A program made the translations under genes and the position numbers. The notes beneath the pieces were generated by a model. It was not told where the DNA came from. It saw only the letters and a list, made by a program, of their open reading frames with translations, and did no database searches. A stretch of 60,692 nucleotides of DNA, counting the filler, from Sphacelaria rigidula (taxonomy: Eukaryota), in the NCBI GenBank assembly GCA_964200075.2. It is 5 parts of 5 records of this genome, joined end to end, with 100 filler letters (N's around TTAATTAATTAA, not from the genome) between each part and the next. Parts side by side here need not be neighbours in the genome. Positions count along the whole stretch, not along the records: positions 36,477 to 48,534 come from CAXNAA020004178.1; positions 48,635 to 60,692 come from CAXNAA020004179.1; 3 more parts are not named here. One strand, 5' to 3'. Every line of letters begins with the position of its first letter. Positions within the stretch are counted from its first letter, which is position 1. Of the stretch, positions 38,230 through 50,500 are shown in pieces.

Positions 38230-39738
38230 TTGTCCGATACGGATACACCTGACCGTCCTTTGTCTTCTACCGCAGCCCGCGTCTTAGCAACCGCTGCGGC
38301 TGACAAAGATCGTTCCGAAGCTAGCAAAAAAGAAGCTTCCGATAGAGCTGAGTCTACCCGAGTAGCTGCAATACAGAGACAATATATTCAGATAGATGTG
38401 AAAAAACTCTGGCACATCAAAACCATGCCTGCCGCGAATAACGAAGGTTCGGGCCAGTCTACCTCTGCCCTCATCACGTCCATTCGCCGCGCTGTTTGTA
38501 ACATCCTTCACTTGGCGGATGTGACTGGCACACAAGGTTTCGAAGATTCCGACTGGGTAGAGGGCTGGCAGACTCCCTTGCACAAAGCAATGCATCGATC
38601 CATCAGCCACCGCTCTCCCGACCTCGCTGCTTCCCTAACGCAGATTCTTGACGGCTTCCTCGCCGAGATGGACCCGGACCGTGCCAAGGGGAAGACAGGC
38701 CCGGTATTACTCTCTGATTTGGAGAGGCGTCTGATCGGTTACTTCGATAAACGTGACCAGGCCGGCGTCATCCAGAGGCTGAGTTCTTTTGTTGTCGCCT
38801 CTGATGTGCCCTTCGCGGATTATCTCCGCGAATTTAAGCTTTTGGTTTCGGGTATGACGGGTGTCGCACGCCAGAACGAACCAAGCGACGCAATGTGTCA
38901 GACTTATGTTCGCAATAGCGTTGCTCAACAGTATCCGGCTCTGATGCCGTCGTTATTTCCGGGTGTCTTGGCGCATCGCGAGGTGCCTTATGCCTCCGTT
39001 GATACTACGTGGTCTGCTTTTGTACACCAAGAGGGTAATCTAACGCCTGCCATACGTGGCAAACCTTCTACGTCTGTACGTTCACAACCTACGGTTGTGT
39101 CCTCCACTCATGCCCAAGGGGCTCGTGGCAGGAATTCGAGCTCGTCTCGCGCTTCATGGACCCCCGACTCAGTCGCGGGTTCAGTTATGCATGTTCAAGG
39201 TACCAGATATGCATTTAGCGCGAATTTTGATGGTTGGCCGTTTTCCGAGGAAACTTAGGATGGTGCTTTTTTTACTTCAACAACGGCATTCACAACCGAT
39301 GACCCCCACTTGTGGAACCCACTTCTTTCGTCTTCCGCTAGACGCAATGCCTTCAGCAGTCATGCCAACAGGTGCATTAACTGTAGTGTTCAAGGCCACA
39401 GCATGCGCGACTGTGACAGTCCATGCATCAATGCCTTTTATCTCATGAACCCTGAATTGCAGGACAATGAACCCGCGTGGCGCCGATGGCAAAAACGCAT
39501 GCGCGACTATCATCCACCAACTCGAAAATACCGCAACAATTCGAACCAACGTGGCAACAAAGGCTCTAATCGTGGTCGCCCACAAAACAACGATCACGCA
39601 AGCCCTCGCCAGAACGATCAAAATTCTCGCGACAACAAACGTTCCGCTGATAGACACCAGCGGACGGGGACCGACACAAATTCTAATCCCAATACCAGGA
39701 ACCCTGGTACCTTCACTACGGATCACTTAGATCCATGA
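38230..39738 (+). pseudogene. gag: Gag of Ty3/Gypsy retrotransposon, with an in-frame stop at 39256
   Basis: ORFs 38230..39258 and 39310..39738 are in the same frame; capsid-like YLREFKLL and zinc knuckle CINCSVQGHSMRDC. Confidence 0.85.
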
Positions 39739-42700
39739 CGTACCGACGCCGGCGTTCTTCGGTCTTCCACGCCGTCGACAGCACGAGCGACGACTTTCTC
39801 AACACAGCCCGCGGAGTCCGTGTATAAAATTGCTCACTCGACTCCCCCGGCACTATCCAGGAGCTTAACTGACGGCTGTTCATATCGACCCCCGTCTCGA
39901 CCCTCCACACGATTTTCAACACAGCCCGCAGAGCCCGCGACTAAGATTGTCCGTCCGGCTCTCCCGGCACTATGCAGGAGTACAACCGACGGCCGCTCAT
40001 ATCGACCCCCGTCTTCATCCCGCCACACACCGCGTAACAGTTGTCTCACCCCGCGACTCAGACCTACACCCGGCACTGAATTTGGTCCTTCAGTACCGAG
40101 AATAAGTGTGAGGTGTGGGAAGACCAACCGCCAGTCCCTGAGGCAAAGGCTTCCCTCAGCGACCGCACGCACAGATAGCAGCAAGCCTTATTCAGCTGAC
40201 CCAAGTGTTGCTGATTTGAACCTGACCACATCGGATCATGTAATTCCCAATCAGTTGGATCGGGCTCCTTCCCCGCGATTTTCAAGACGCACGGACCTAC
40301 CTTCGACCGGTTTTACTAACAACCGTCCCAACATATCTTCGGCTATGCCCCAACAGCCAAACTTGCCTACGGAAAGCAGCCCACAAGTTTCGCTCCGTCA
40401 TGCCCCGATACTGATCCCATCCACGCAACTGGACGCAGTTGTTGTTTCATCCCCAAATGTTTTGGAAGTTCCCCGACCTTTGTCACGGCGAAAGAAAAAA
40501 ACCCGTAAGCATGCCCCCAAGGACGCGCGCGCATCATTACGTACACCTCTTTCGAGCGGAAATCCTCGACCTCAACCTCTCCAAAATGCGACGACTTTGA
40601 GCTCGATGGCTCTATCGAGTATCCCGGAAGAAACACAATCACATGATTCTAACGGCACTACTTCTTCAATCGACGACTCCAGCCCCGCACATTCTGGATC
40701 CCCCTTTGACGGTGATCCCTGTCAACCAAAGACGATAATTTACGAAATCGCCAATAACCGTGCCAAACCTGGAAATATTATACCGTCCACCCCCTTCTCT
40801 GGTGAGACATCTGACACTAACCCTAAGGTTTTTAGTGTCGACCGCGCTGATCCTGACCAGTTTACCTTGCCGGAACATGATTCGGATCTTATCGGCGGTA
40901 AAGTGTCTGTAGATCCGCCCACTTTCACTACTTGTGTTGCGATACATTCCGGTTCAAACGCGATAACGCCTACAAAATGCGTATCCTTGTTGGACAGCGG
41001 CAGCCCGCAAACCTTTATTCGAGAATCAACATGGAAACACATGAAAGAGACTGACGCTGCTACTGCAGCTTGCGAAGCCACCACCAAACCTCACGTGTGG
41101 GGCGGTTTTGGTGATTCTGCCGCACCACTGACGACACGTAAATCCGTACGACTCAGTGTGCAATTCTTTCACAACACCACTCGATCTGCCAGCCTGGCAG
41201 TCTGGGCATACGTTGTCCCCGACAGCACAATGCACCACGCCATATTATTGGGCAGAGATAGCTATAGGCGGTTTAATAAACGCACCTACCGCACGCTTCC
41301 ACCACTAACGCCACACTCCCCGCCGCGTGGAGATTTCAACCTCGAGCACTTCGGCACGCTCCACGACGCCCTGACTTATCAGAAGAATCCTCAAGCAACC
41401 GGAGCTGCTTACCACCTACGATATAACGGTAGCGTGGGTATTACACTCTCCGACGACCCCCAACTTCTTGAGGTTGCACAAGTTCGCCGAAATGGCATGC
41501 CAGCACTTATGGGCCGTTATCTTGCTGAAATGTTACACCGTATTGGCGCACCAGCCGATACAGAACATTTTTTGTCGGCGGGACTACAACTCCTCCCTTT
41601 CACGGACCATGCTAACTTGGAACCCGGCGATGTTTTAGGGATCGCCGCTGCTCCCCTGATGCACATCCCACTCGAGACGTGCGTCACAGAGCCTGCCGCG
41701 CCAAAAGCCACATCTCCGGCGGAGTCAGTCCATTGTGTCGATGAACCCTATTTCGACCTCGCCTCTGCGACTCCACCCCAGGTTCACACCGTGGATCCTG
41801 CCCCGTCAAATTCCGATCCTCCTGCTGAAGTGTTTCAACGCTTATCACCAGATTCTCGGAATATTTTCTTGCACATGTGGAACCAACTGGCGCCACACAT
41901 GCGCGACATCAATTTTGACCTTCTTGGGCCCGGCTGGGAACCGGCAGTCATCCAAGAAGCCAGTGATGTTCTGCTACAGTACCAAGACCGATTTTCCCGA
42001 TCCAAGACGAGTCTTGGGCATTGCAAAACACTGCCCGTCGAGGGTACCCTCCAACCCGGTGTCTCGTCGATTTATTCTTGGCCATACCGAACAAACTCGA
42101 TCCTTACCAAGAAAGGTAACGCCATCTTGGATGCGTATCTGGGAGCGGGACTAATACAACATTCCTCCTCTCCTTGGGCCTCGCCCCTTGCGGTAGTCTC
42201 CAAAAAGGATGGAAACATACGCATAACCGTGAACTATCAACGGTTGAACCGCGTCACTGTAGTCGGTAAACTTCCAATTCCCCGCATTGATGAAGTTTTC
42301 GACTCCTTAGGCGAAGGAAAAATATTCAGCACCTTCGACCTCGCTTCTGGATTTTTCAGAATGCTATACACCCTGACACAGTCCCACTGACGGCTTTTTG
42401 TACCTCGTCCGGACTCTATGAGTGGCTTCGAATGCCACAAGGCGCCGCCACTGCCCCGGGATGCTTTCAGCGCTTAATGCAACGCGTCACCGAGGGCCTC
42501 AAGCACATCATCATGTACCTGGATGACGCTGTCGCTTTCGATGCCTCCCCTATTGCACATGTACGTACTCTACGAGAATTTCTCTCTCGCCTACGCACGT
42601 ACGATTTGAAACTGTCCCCATCCACAGCTCGCCTTGATGCTACTGATTTAGATTTCTTGGGGCATTCTATTTCGCCAGCAGGCCTGCATCCGGATACAAA

Positions 42701-45700
42701 CAAAGTCAAGGCGATGACTGATTTGCCGATGCCAACTAGCATTTCTCAGCTTCGCTCATTCTTGGGCGGGCTATCCTACTATCGCAATTTTTGCCGAATT
42801 TATCTAAACGGATTCGCTCCCTTACTGAGCTACTCAAGAAAGGAGCCGTGTTTTCTTTCACCACCGAAACGGAGAATATCACCCGCCAATTACTCAAGAC
42901 GCTTACCGAAAAGCCCGTACTTTGCTTTCCCGATTGGGAGGCAGTACAAGATGGCTCCCGCCTTTTCCAACTCCACACTAACGCCAGCACAAATTGATTT
43001 GAAGGAGTTTGAATCAACCTCAGGTTGATGGCTCTGTCCGACCCATCCTTTATGACAGCCGCGCTACCCTGCCCAACGAGGCCAATTGGAGCCCGCTAGA
43101 ACTGGAAGGCGGAGTAATCACTTGGGCTATTAAGCGCCTTCGACAATATCTGTTTCACGTGCCCTTCGAGATCTATACGGATCACGGAGCACTTGAACGA
43201 CTCGCCAAGGGTGGTGAACACAACCCTCGTGTACAACGATGGTTGGAGTTTCTAACAGGACACCAGTATGCCATTAAGCACCGTCCAGGCAAAACCAACG
43301 GGAACGCCGATCTTCTTTTCCGCCTACCTCTGCCGCCTACGGCCGCAGATCCCAGCCCGGCTTGCCGTTTAACAGAACCTGATGAACCTGGAATTTACGC
43401 GATTAGACGTTTTTCAACGCCCGTTTACGCCCTCGACCTCCAGTGCCCGGAAACCAGTATGCATATGCGAGGACCTTGCCCTCTACCATATGACGCCGTC
43501 CTGGGTGGGTTAAAGCCCATTACCTCCGATTTTAACTTTTTGCACTTTCGGTACTCGCGCGAACCTCTTCGCGGAAATACCTCCAGTCACCCACCTTATC
43601 TCCGACAACACGCGCTCCCGGTCTGCCGCGCGCACCACACCGAGTGCCCCGCCGCCACCGACACCACCTGCAACCTCTATGAGCCACCCAGCACAAGTTC
43701 CACGGACCAAAACGCAAAGCTCCGCAAAACATTCTGCACTGTGCGCCACGAGCCGCGGACAATCTTCGCCGCGCACTGATACAACCCCGCCGCCCGTAAT
43801 GGCGTCGCAAACATCTCCTGCCCCCGAGCACGGAACTGACGGCTCGTCTCCTGCTCCCGGCACAGACATTGACGTCGGCATTTCTGCCTCGTCGCCTATT
43901 CCCCCGCCGCCTGCCCTACCATGTTTGGTCGGCTCGCCAGCGGAAGGTCAACTACGCGAGTTTCTCGCCAACTACTCCCACCGCGACTGGGCTCGCGAAC
44001 AACACGCAGAACCGCGATGTCGCGCAGCCATCCGGTACTTACAACTTGACTGTCCAGTCCCTTTTCCGTCCACACTTCTGGCCCCGGTTGGCACACTGCT
44101 ACCACCAGTTATTTCTGACGTATACGAGCTTGTGCGTAAAGGCACCCTTTTCACTACGGATGAAGGTGTGCAACTACTCCTACGTCGGCTCATGCCTTTG
44201 ACAGGCGCAATTGCCGCCTCAACTACGGGACGCACTGCACGCCTACTCAATGACGAATCAACGCGCATATATGTGCCATTATTAATGCGCCCCTGGGTCA
44301 TGAAAGGCTGCCACACAGACTTGTCGTGCCACCTCGGCGTCACCTGCAGCCTCGCGCTCTTAGAACGCTTTTACTGGTGGGTTGGCATGGAAATTTCAAG
44401 CCGCTTCTGGGTTCGGCGATACTTTAAATGCCCAGCTCGAAAAACTTCACGACAGACAGTACGCTGGCCTGTCATCTCTATGGGACTCCCGACGAGCCCG
44501 GCCACCTTGTGCCCTTTGACTACTTTGGCCCTCTACCGACCACAGGTCGTGGCAACACCTACATCTTACTCTTCACTGACCCCTTTAGCCGCCACGCGTC
44601 CATGTACGCGGTAACCGCCGCAGATTTCACTGCCGCCGGAACGGCCGACATACTGGTCCACGATTACATTAAGCACTACGGTTGTCGAAAGCGACTACTT
44701 TCAGACAATGGTCAAGATTTTTTCTCGAACCTCTCCGATGAGCTTTACAAGCTCCTGGACATCCGCAAAATTTCCACGAGCGTTTACCACCCGAACGGTA
44801 CCGGCAGTACCGAAAGAGTCAATCACACCATGGCCCAGATGCTCTCTATGGTTGTCAATGACCGCCAAAATGACTAGGACCTACATCTCTCGCACATCAT
44901 GTTGTCCAACAACAACTCGGTTAATGCCGTCACAGGCCTTTCTCCGAACGAACTCCATCTTGAACGTCACCCTCGGCTGCCTATCACCGTGTTTGAGCGA
45001 CACACGTTCGACAGTCACCAAGGATTGGATCAGGATCAGATATCCTACAACGAGCTAGCGCATGCACGACAACGCAAAGCGTTCACCCTCGTGCGCGAAC
45101 AACACGCTATCAACGCCTCGCGCCTGGAGAGATCTAACACTGCTCTCTACAACCTCATGCACAAACGCCCTAACTGGAAAGTTAGTGATTGGGTTTGGAC
45201 CTACAACAGTTTGTCGATCATCCGCCAAGGCACCAGCAAGGCAGCCAACGAAACGATTTTAAAGATAAAACTGTCCCTCAATTGGACAGGACCATTCAAG
45301 ATCCTGACCGTCGGACCGTCGTCACCATCACTGGATAAAAAACCCGTTCGTGACAAACTGCTCCATCTCGACTTGCCTCGCGACTTTCAGGGCAAAGACA
45401 TTGAGCCCCGCGTCTCCGTGCACAGATGCAAACCCTGCACGAACCCGCATGATACAAGTGATATGCCCAAGTACCTGCCTACCGGACTCACACGGTATGT
45501 TCTCAACAGCTACTCGACCAAGCCCCCGCCCTACCACATTACAACCGACGACGTGACGGAATAGCCCCTTCGATTGGCTGTGTCCTCCATTTCCGGCCAC
45601 CAGATAACCCGTGGTCGAGGAGGCAAGATCGCTGTCATGTATAAGACACACTGGCACGGTCTTCGGAGAGCGTCTTGGGAACGCGAATCCGACCTGCAAT

Positions 45701-46173
45701 TGCACCGCCGTGCAATCCTCCTTTACTGGACGCAACCAACACCAGCATCTTGCTCACAACAAGAAATATCGCAACATGCGCCGTTTTCAGCAGCCCGCAA
45801 ACTTCACCGCAATCAGGGACTACGTTTTGTCGCCGATGGTTACGAACTTGTACCCTCCAAGACTTGTAAGACGAAGTTCTTCGTGAACCAGCGACTCCTG
45901 CCCAAAGGCAGCTACCTTTGGTTCGAAGGCAGCGACAACCTCTGGTGGTTGGGTCAGACCCACTCCGCTAACCTGGTTTCGGTCGACACATACATCGTGC
46001 GCTTCATCGATGACCCTGGACCCATACAGCTCAAGCTTCGGCCAGCACTATACACCACCAGCCCATCTGCACCACGCGGATCCTGGTGCCTCCAGCGCCT
46101 CAAGTTCAAAGGACTTCGCCGCGGTCTCCAGCGCAACATCGACCACACCCACGACGTCCACGCTCCGCTTTGA
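39739..46173 (+). pseudogene. pol: Pol of Ty3/Gypsy retrotransposon (PR-RT-RNaseH-IN-chromodomain), several frameshifts and stops
   Basis: LLDSGS (protease); SPWASPL, RITVNYQRLN, FDLASGF, MPQG, YLDD (RT); ELE..VITWAIK.LRQYL, YTDH, RVQRW, NGNAD (RNase H); H..CHLG..RFYW..C, LLSDNG, YHP.GTGSTERVN (integrase); WTGPFKI; chromo-like YKTHWHG...SWERESDL. Domain order is Gypsy. Confidence 0.95.
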
Positions 46174-46424
46174 ACCACGCTTCTTTGTCGCGACTATTGC
46201 CCCACCCCCATTTCTTTCCGTCAGCATTGTCTGCCCCCCCTTCTCCACCAGGATCCTCTTCCACGACACCAAAACAGCGCGACCTATATCGGACGGCGAT
46301 CAAGAATTACTGCAACGACCACTACCTACGACTACTGGAGCTATAGTACCCCCTTCAACTGGCGCTCGATCTCGTTGGATCACCGATTTTCAGATTTTCA
46401 ATCTTGCAGTTTTTAGCACATTTG

Positions 46425-46685
46425 GGTTCCCCCAGGTTGAAGCTCTGCTCCCTGTTGTACCTTTGGATTTACCCAGGTTGAAGCTCTGCTCCCTCTTGTA
46501 CCTTTGGCTTCCCCTAGGTCAGAGCTCTGCTCCCTCTTGTACCTCCCTGTTTTCCCCCCCATAACTCTTGCTAGAACGCCGAAGCAATTTGTGCTTCCTC
46601 GTTGATCGCTAGAACGCCGAAGCAGTTTGTGCTTCTGCATTTTGAAGCAGTTTTTGTTTCTGCTCCTCGAAGCAGTCTATGCTTC
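46425..46685 (+). repeat. Tandem repeats in the Gypsy 3' untranslated region: three ~41-bp units, then gaagca.t.t.tg.ttc units
   Basis: agctctgctccct.ttgtacct x3; gctagaacgccgaagca.tttgtgcttc x2. Confidence 0.85.
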
Positions 46686-46733
46686 CCTTCTTTTGAGGTG
46701 TGGGAGTGGGTACAGGATTGTTGGTTTGGGAGT

Positions 46734-47584
46734 GTTAGATACGGGAGTGCTCCTTTAGGTATGCTTTATTTGCCGCTCATGACTTGACGAGTAAGGAAAA
46801 ACCTTAGTTTTCGCTGTTTTTTCTTTTTTCCTTGATGGAAGGAGGAAACCCAACCCAACACTTACCCCGCTGGCGATCGCAAACGATCGCGAGCGAGTTC
46901 GTGCGAACCCTAACCCTTCGCTGCTTTGAGCATGAATCCTCGCAGCTGCTATAAAGGTTCGTCTGGGTGGGTTAGTGTCATGAAGACGCATATTAGCCTG
47001 TTGTTATGCCGCTTCAGATCCGTTGTCGAAGTCTGGCTTTCGGAAATATTGGGAATCCCGGTAGACAAGACTGCAGGTTTGTTCAGAGTTGGCCTGGTAC
47101 GAATATGAGCTTGTACATTGATGAAAGATGGCGAAACAGATCGGCTGGAACCGATATAGCTCGCCCACCCTTCGCACTACCAACTGCTCCCCTCTGCTAG
47201 CCAGCAAAAGGAAGTCTAACCATCGGTGAGAGATTTTGGCTGGTTTGGGTTGGATTGATTGAGTGGGTACTGGAGTTAGAATCAAGATAACCAAGGAGAA
47301 GTGAAGAACCTATTTCCGTGAAACCTTGTCTGATATTTGGATGCTGAGTAGGTCACATGGTATCTACAAGTTTGTAGCAGCCTGGCGGTTGTACACTTGC
47401 TTGCCAAGCTGGTGCCTTGGGTTGTAAGCTGTTTCCTTGCATTATATTCCCGCTTGCTCCTCCTTACATCGATGGTATCCTCGGATGTTTAACTGGACCC
47501 AAAGCGGCCACCTTTCCTCAGGTTTTGAGAGCCGTTTGAATTGTGTGGATGCAGTTCATAAAAATCAAACTCTCTGGCATTCAC
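46734..47584 (+). repeat. Putative 3' LTR of the Gypsy element; no matching 5' LTR in the window
   Basis: Short purine run ggggag followed by TGTT; TATAAA near 46950; cataaaaa then ...TTCACA at 47584. Boundaries are inferred only. Confidence 0.35.
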
Positions 47585-50500
47585 AGATGTTGCGACTTCG
47601 GTGCAGTTTGTTACCGTGACCACCTCTGAGTAGACGGTAGTACGCGCTATAGCAACGAAAGGTAGCTATGATCCGGTTTGCCTGCCGTACTGCCGACAGC
47701 GTCGCGTGAAAGCCACAAGACTCTTGCTGTCGGGGGTTGATGGCGTGGGTCTCGAATGCAACGATATGCGGTTGATCGTAGAGTACTCTCGTCTCTCCTC
47801 CCAATTTGTGATAATCCATGACCTTCTGACATCGGAATAATTATTACTTCTGGGAAGCTGCTCGTACTGTACCGAGCTGTCAACGCGACCAGAATGTGCT
47901 GCAGATTGCCCATGCGCCACGCTAGCAACAGTTAGGTCACCACGATAGGTATCTTTTTTCACTCCGCATGTCAAAAAGGTCTATACGAGTGTTTGATCTC
48001 TCATGCACCCCCCTCAACTGGCGTGTGGCAGGCTCTTCTGCTCGGGCACCCGGTTGGGGGAGGTCGGCGAAAATCAACGACGAAAAACATCCCCAAGTTC
48101 AAATTGGATATATCTGTCATTGTCGCAGCACCGCCCTTCCTGGCATGTGTGTGACAGAGAACAGCAGTAGCGGTGACGGGAACATTGCCCTATTTTTCAA
48201 CGACAGATTTTTCAGCGTACAGAAGCGCGTCCTGTCCAGAAGGAGAGGCAGAGAGGAATCGATCTTCGCATTCGTGAGCTCGACAGGCAAGAAGAGACGA
48301 CGGAATCTCTCCGTACGTCGATGTTCTGGCACATGAAAAAGTTGGCACATGCTGGTATAATAACATCGATGATGCCAGTTTTTCAAGCGATTGGTGATCG
48401 CCGAGCGAGGACACACAAAGGACACGGGCGAGGAGCTTCCTCTCTGTCGTTGCTTCTCTCTCTGGTGATGTCGTCATCTACACGCGTGTACAACGTATTC
48501 GTTAGGTGCACCTAGCCGCAGGTGCTCAACTGCTNNNNNNNNNNNNNNNNNNNNNNNNNNNNNNNNNNNNNNNNNNNNTTAATTAATTAANNNNNNNNNN
48601 NNNNNNNNNNNNNNNNNNNNNNNNNNNNNNNNNNTGTGATGTATTGAAAAAACGTAATGAGCTATGGAAGAAACGTAATGAGCGCCGGAATGTTGGAGGT
48701 GTTTCTATTAGGAGTAGGAACGGTGCTCCGTCTCGAAAGGGATGCGTGGTCAATGGTCAAACGACTATTAATAAGGCAAGCAAAAAATGAGTACCCCCCC
48801 CCCGCGTACCTTCAATGTGCGCCGCGCTGTGTTAAACGGGTTTCAATACTGAGTAAGAAGAAGCGAAGAAGCCGTGCATTATCGGTAGAAAGAAAAACGT
48901 TCTGTTTCATGCAAAATTCGAATGTTTGTTGTTGAGCCATTGACAGACATCATTTTAGTTTACTATAATCATTTCTCGATATTGTTTGCTGGATGAACGC
49001 CGATATTTGGGCAATAGAGTGAGACTATTCGGGGTTAGTCGCCGAAAAATCTTGATATTTGAAGAGAAGCGGCTGTTGTTGTAGTTTTACATATTTTACT
49101 AATCTATCGCATTTTCCCTTCTGATCATTTTACACCCAAGGTTTGTTGAATGATTCTGAATACCCGGCGAGGCACGAATTGCTGCTGTTTTCCAAAAAGC
49201 GACGAAAGGTATCACTTCGAGGTAATCCTTACTTCCTGCATTTCTTTTTTGCTGTACTCGAGCATAATTTTTCGTCGGTTACCTTTGTTCATGTGGCCAT
49301 TTTAAGCTATAAGTTACCGCATGGGTTTCAACATGGAGAAAGAAAATGATCGGTTTGGTACCTTTCCGGTGGAAAGCCGAAGTCTTTCATTTTATTTTGA
49401 ACCCACTTTTTCGTGTCCTTCCTCTCCACTCTCTTCTCTTATATTAACCTCTCGTTTTTGGTCAGTCCACTCCCTCTGTTTCTTCTTTGTCTTCCCCCGC
49501 TCTCAGGTCTCCTTGAGTGAGGATTCACTTTTGTTTATCTTGAATACGTCTATCACGTCTATCACGTCTATCACGTTTGTCATATGGTCACGACTGTATC
49601 CCTCGAGGATTAGTCAATGCTGATGTGCGATGATGCGAAACACCAGTTAATCAAATCGAACAGGATTCTGCAGTCATATCCTGATGTTGCCCCGTGGGGC
49701 TCGATGCTTGGATAGAAAACCCGTTTGTATCCGTTACCGGCTCATGTATTTGACTCATGAGTAGAGAACTCTATATGTTTTCCTTCATATTTTCCCAATC
49801 GATCAAACCGGCGCTGTCGGTCATTTTCCATCCAAGTTTGTCAAATGAGTCAATTATACGCGAGATGTCTCAAAATCTTACACATTAGTCACCACTCCAG
49901 GTTCTCAGGTGGATTCTACCTGAATACATTTTCGAGAACATAGCCGGAATGGTGACCTACGGGAGAGGCCAAACGCAGCATTGAGAAAAAACGAGCAGAC
50001 AGAACAAATGCAAAAACATGATTAAGTTAACAAGGAGCACCCATATGCAGAAAAGTGTTTTTGTATGCAAGATACATCACCTGGAACATGACCAGGGAGT
50101 ACGAAAAATCATGACCAACAGACATACTGCAGCGTTGAATCGTGGACCCGCGACTCGTTCTATAGTCATGTTCGGTGTCTATTACGGCACAATCATGAGA
50201 AATGACTAGTCTATATACGAAAGCGACTGTGGCATGCTAGACACCCAAAGCCTTGCAGCATGTTCGGGAATAGCGGGAGGCTGCGAAGAGGCTCCCGTCA
50301 GTGTAGAGGTGGGGGCCGAATAGATCTGCGACGGGACACTGTGAAAAGAGAATCTCCAGTGTTCTGATCGGTTGGCTCGGACGGCGGATCACGATCGTTG
50401 CCGAGAATGGACGCCCTTTCTCGTTATCTTCAAGTACCCTTGCATGGTATCTTCCATCGTTCGGCTGTGGATCTGAATGCAAAGGTTAATTTGATGGGCA

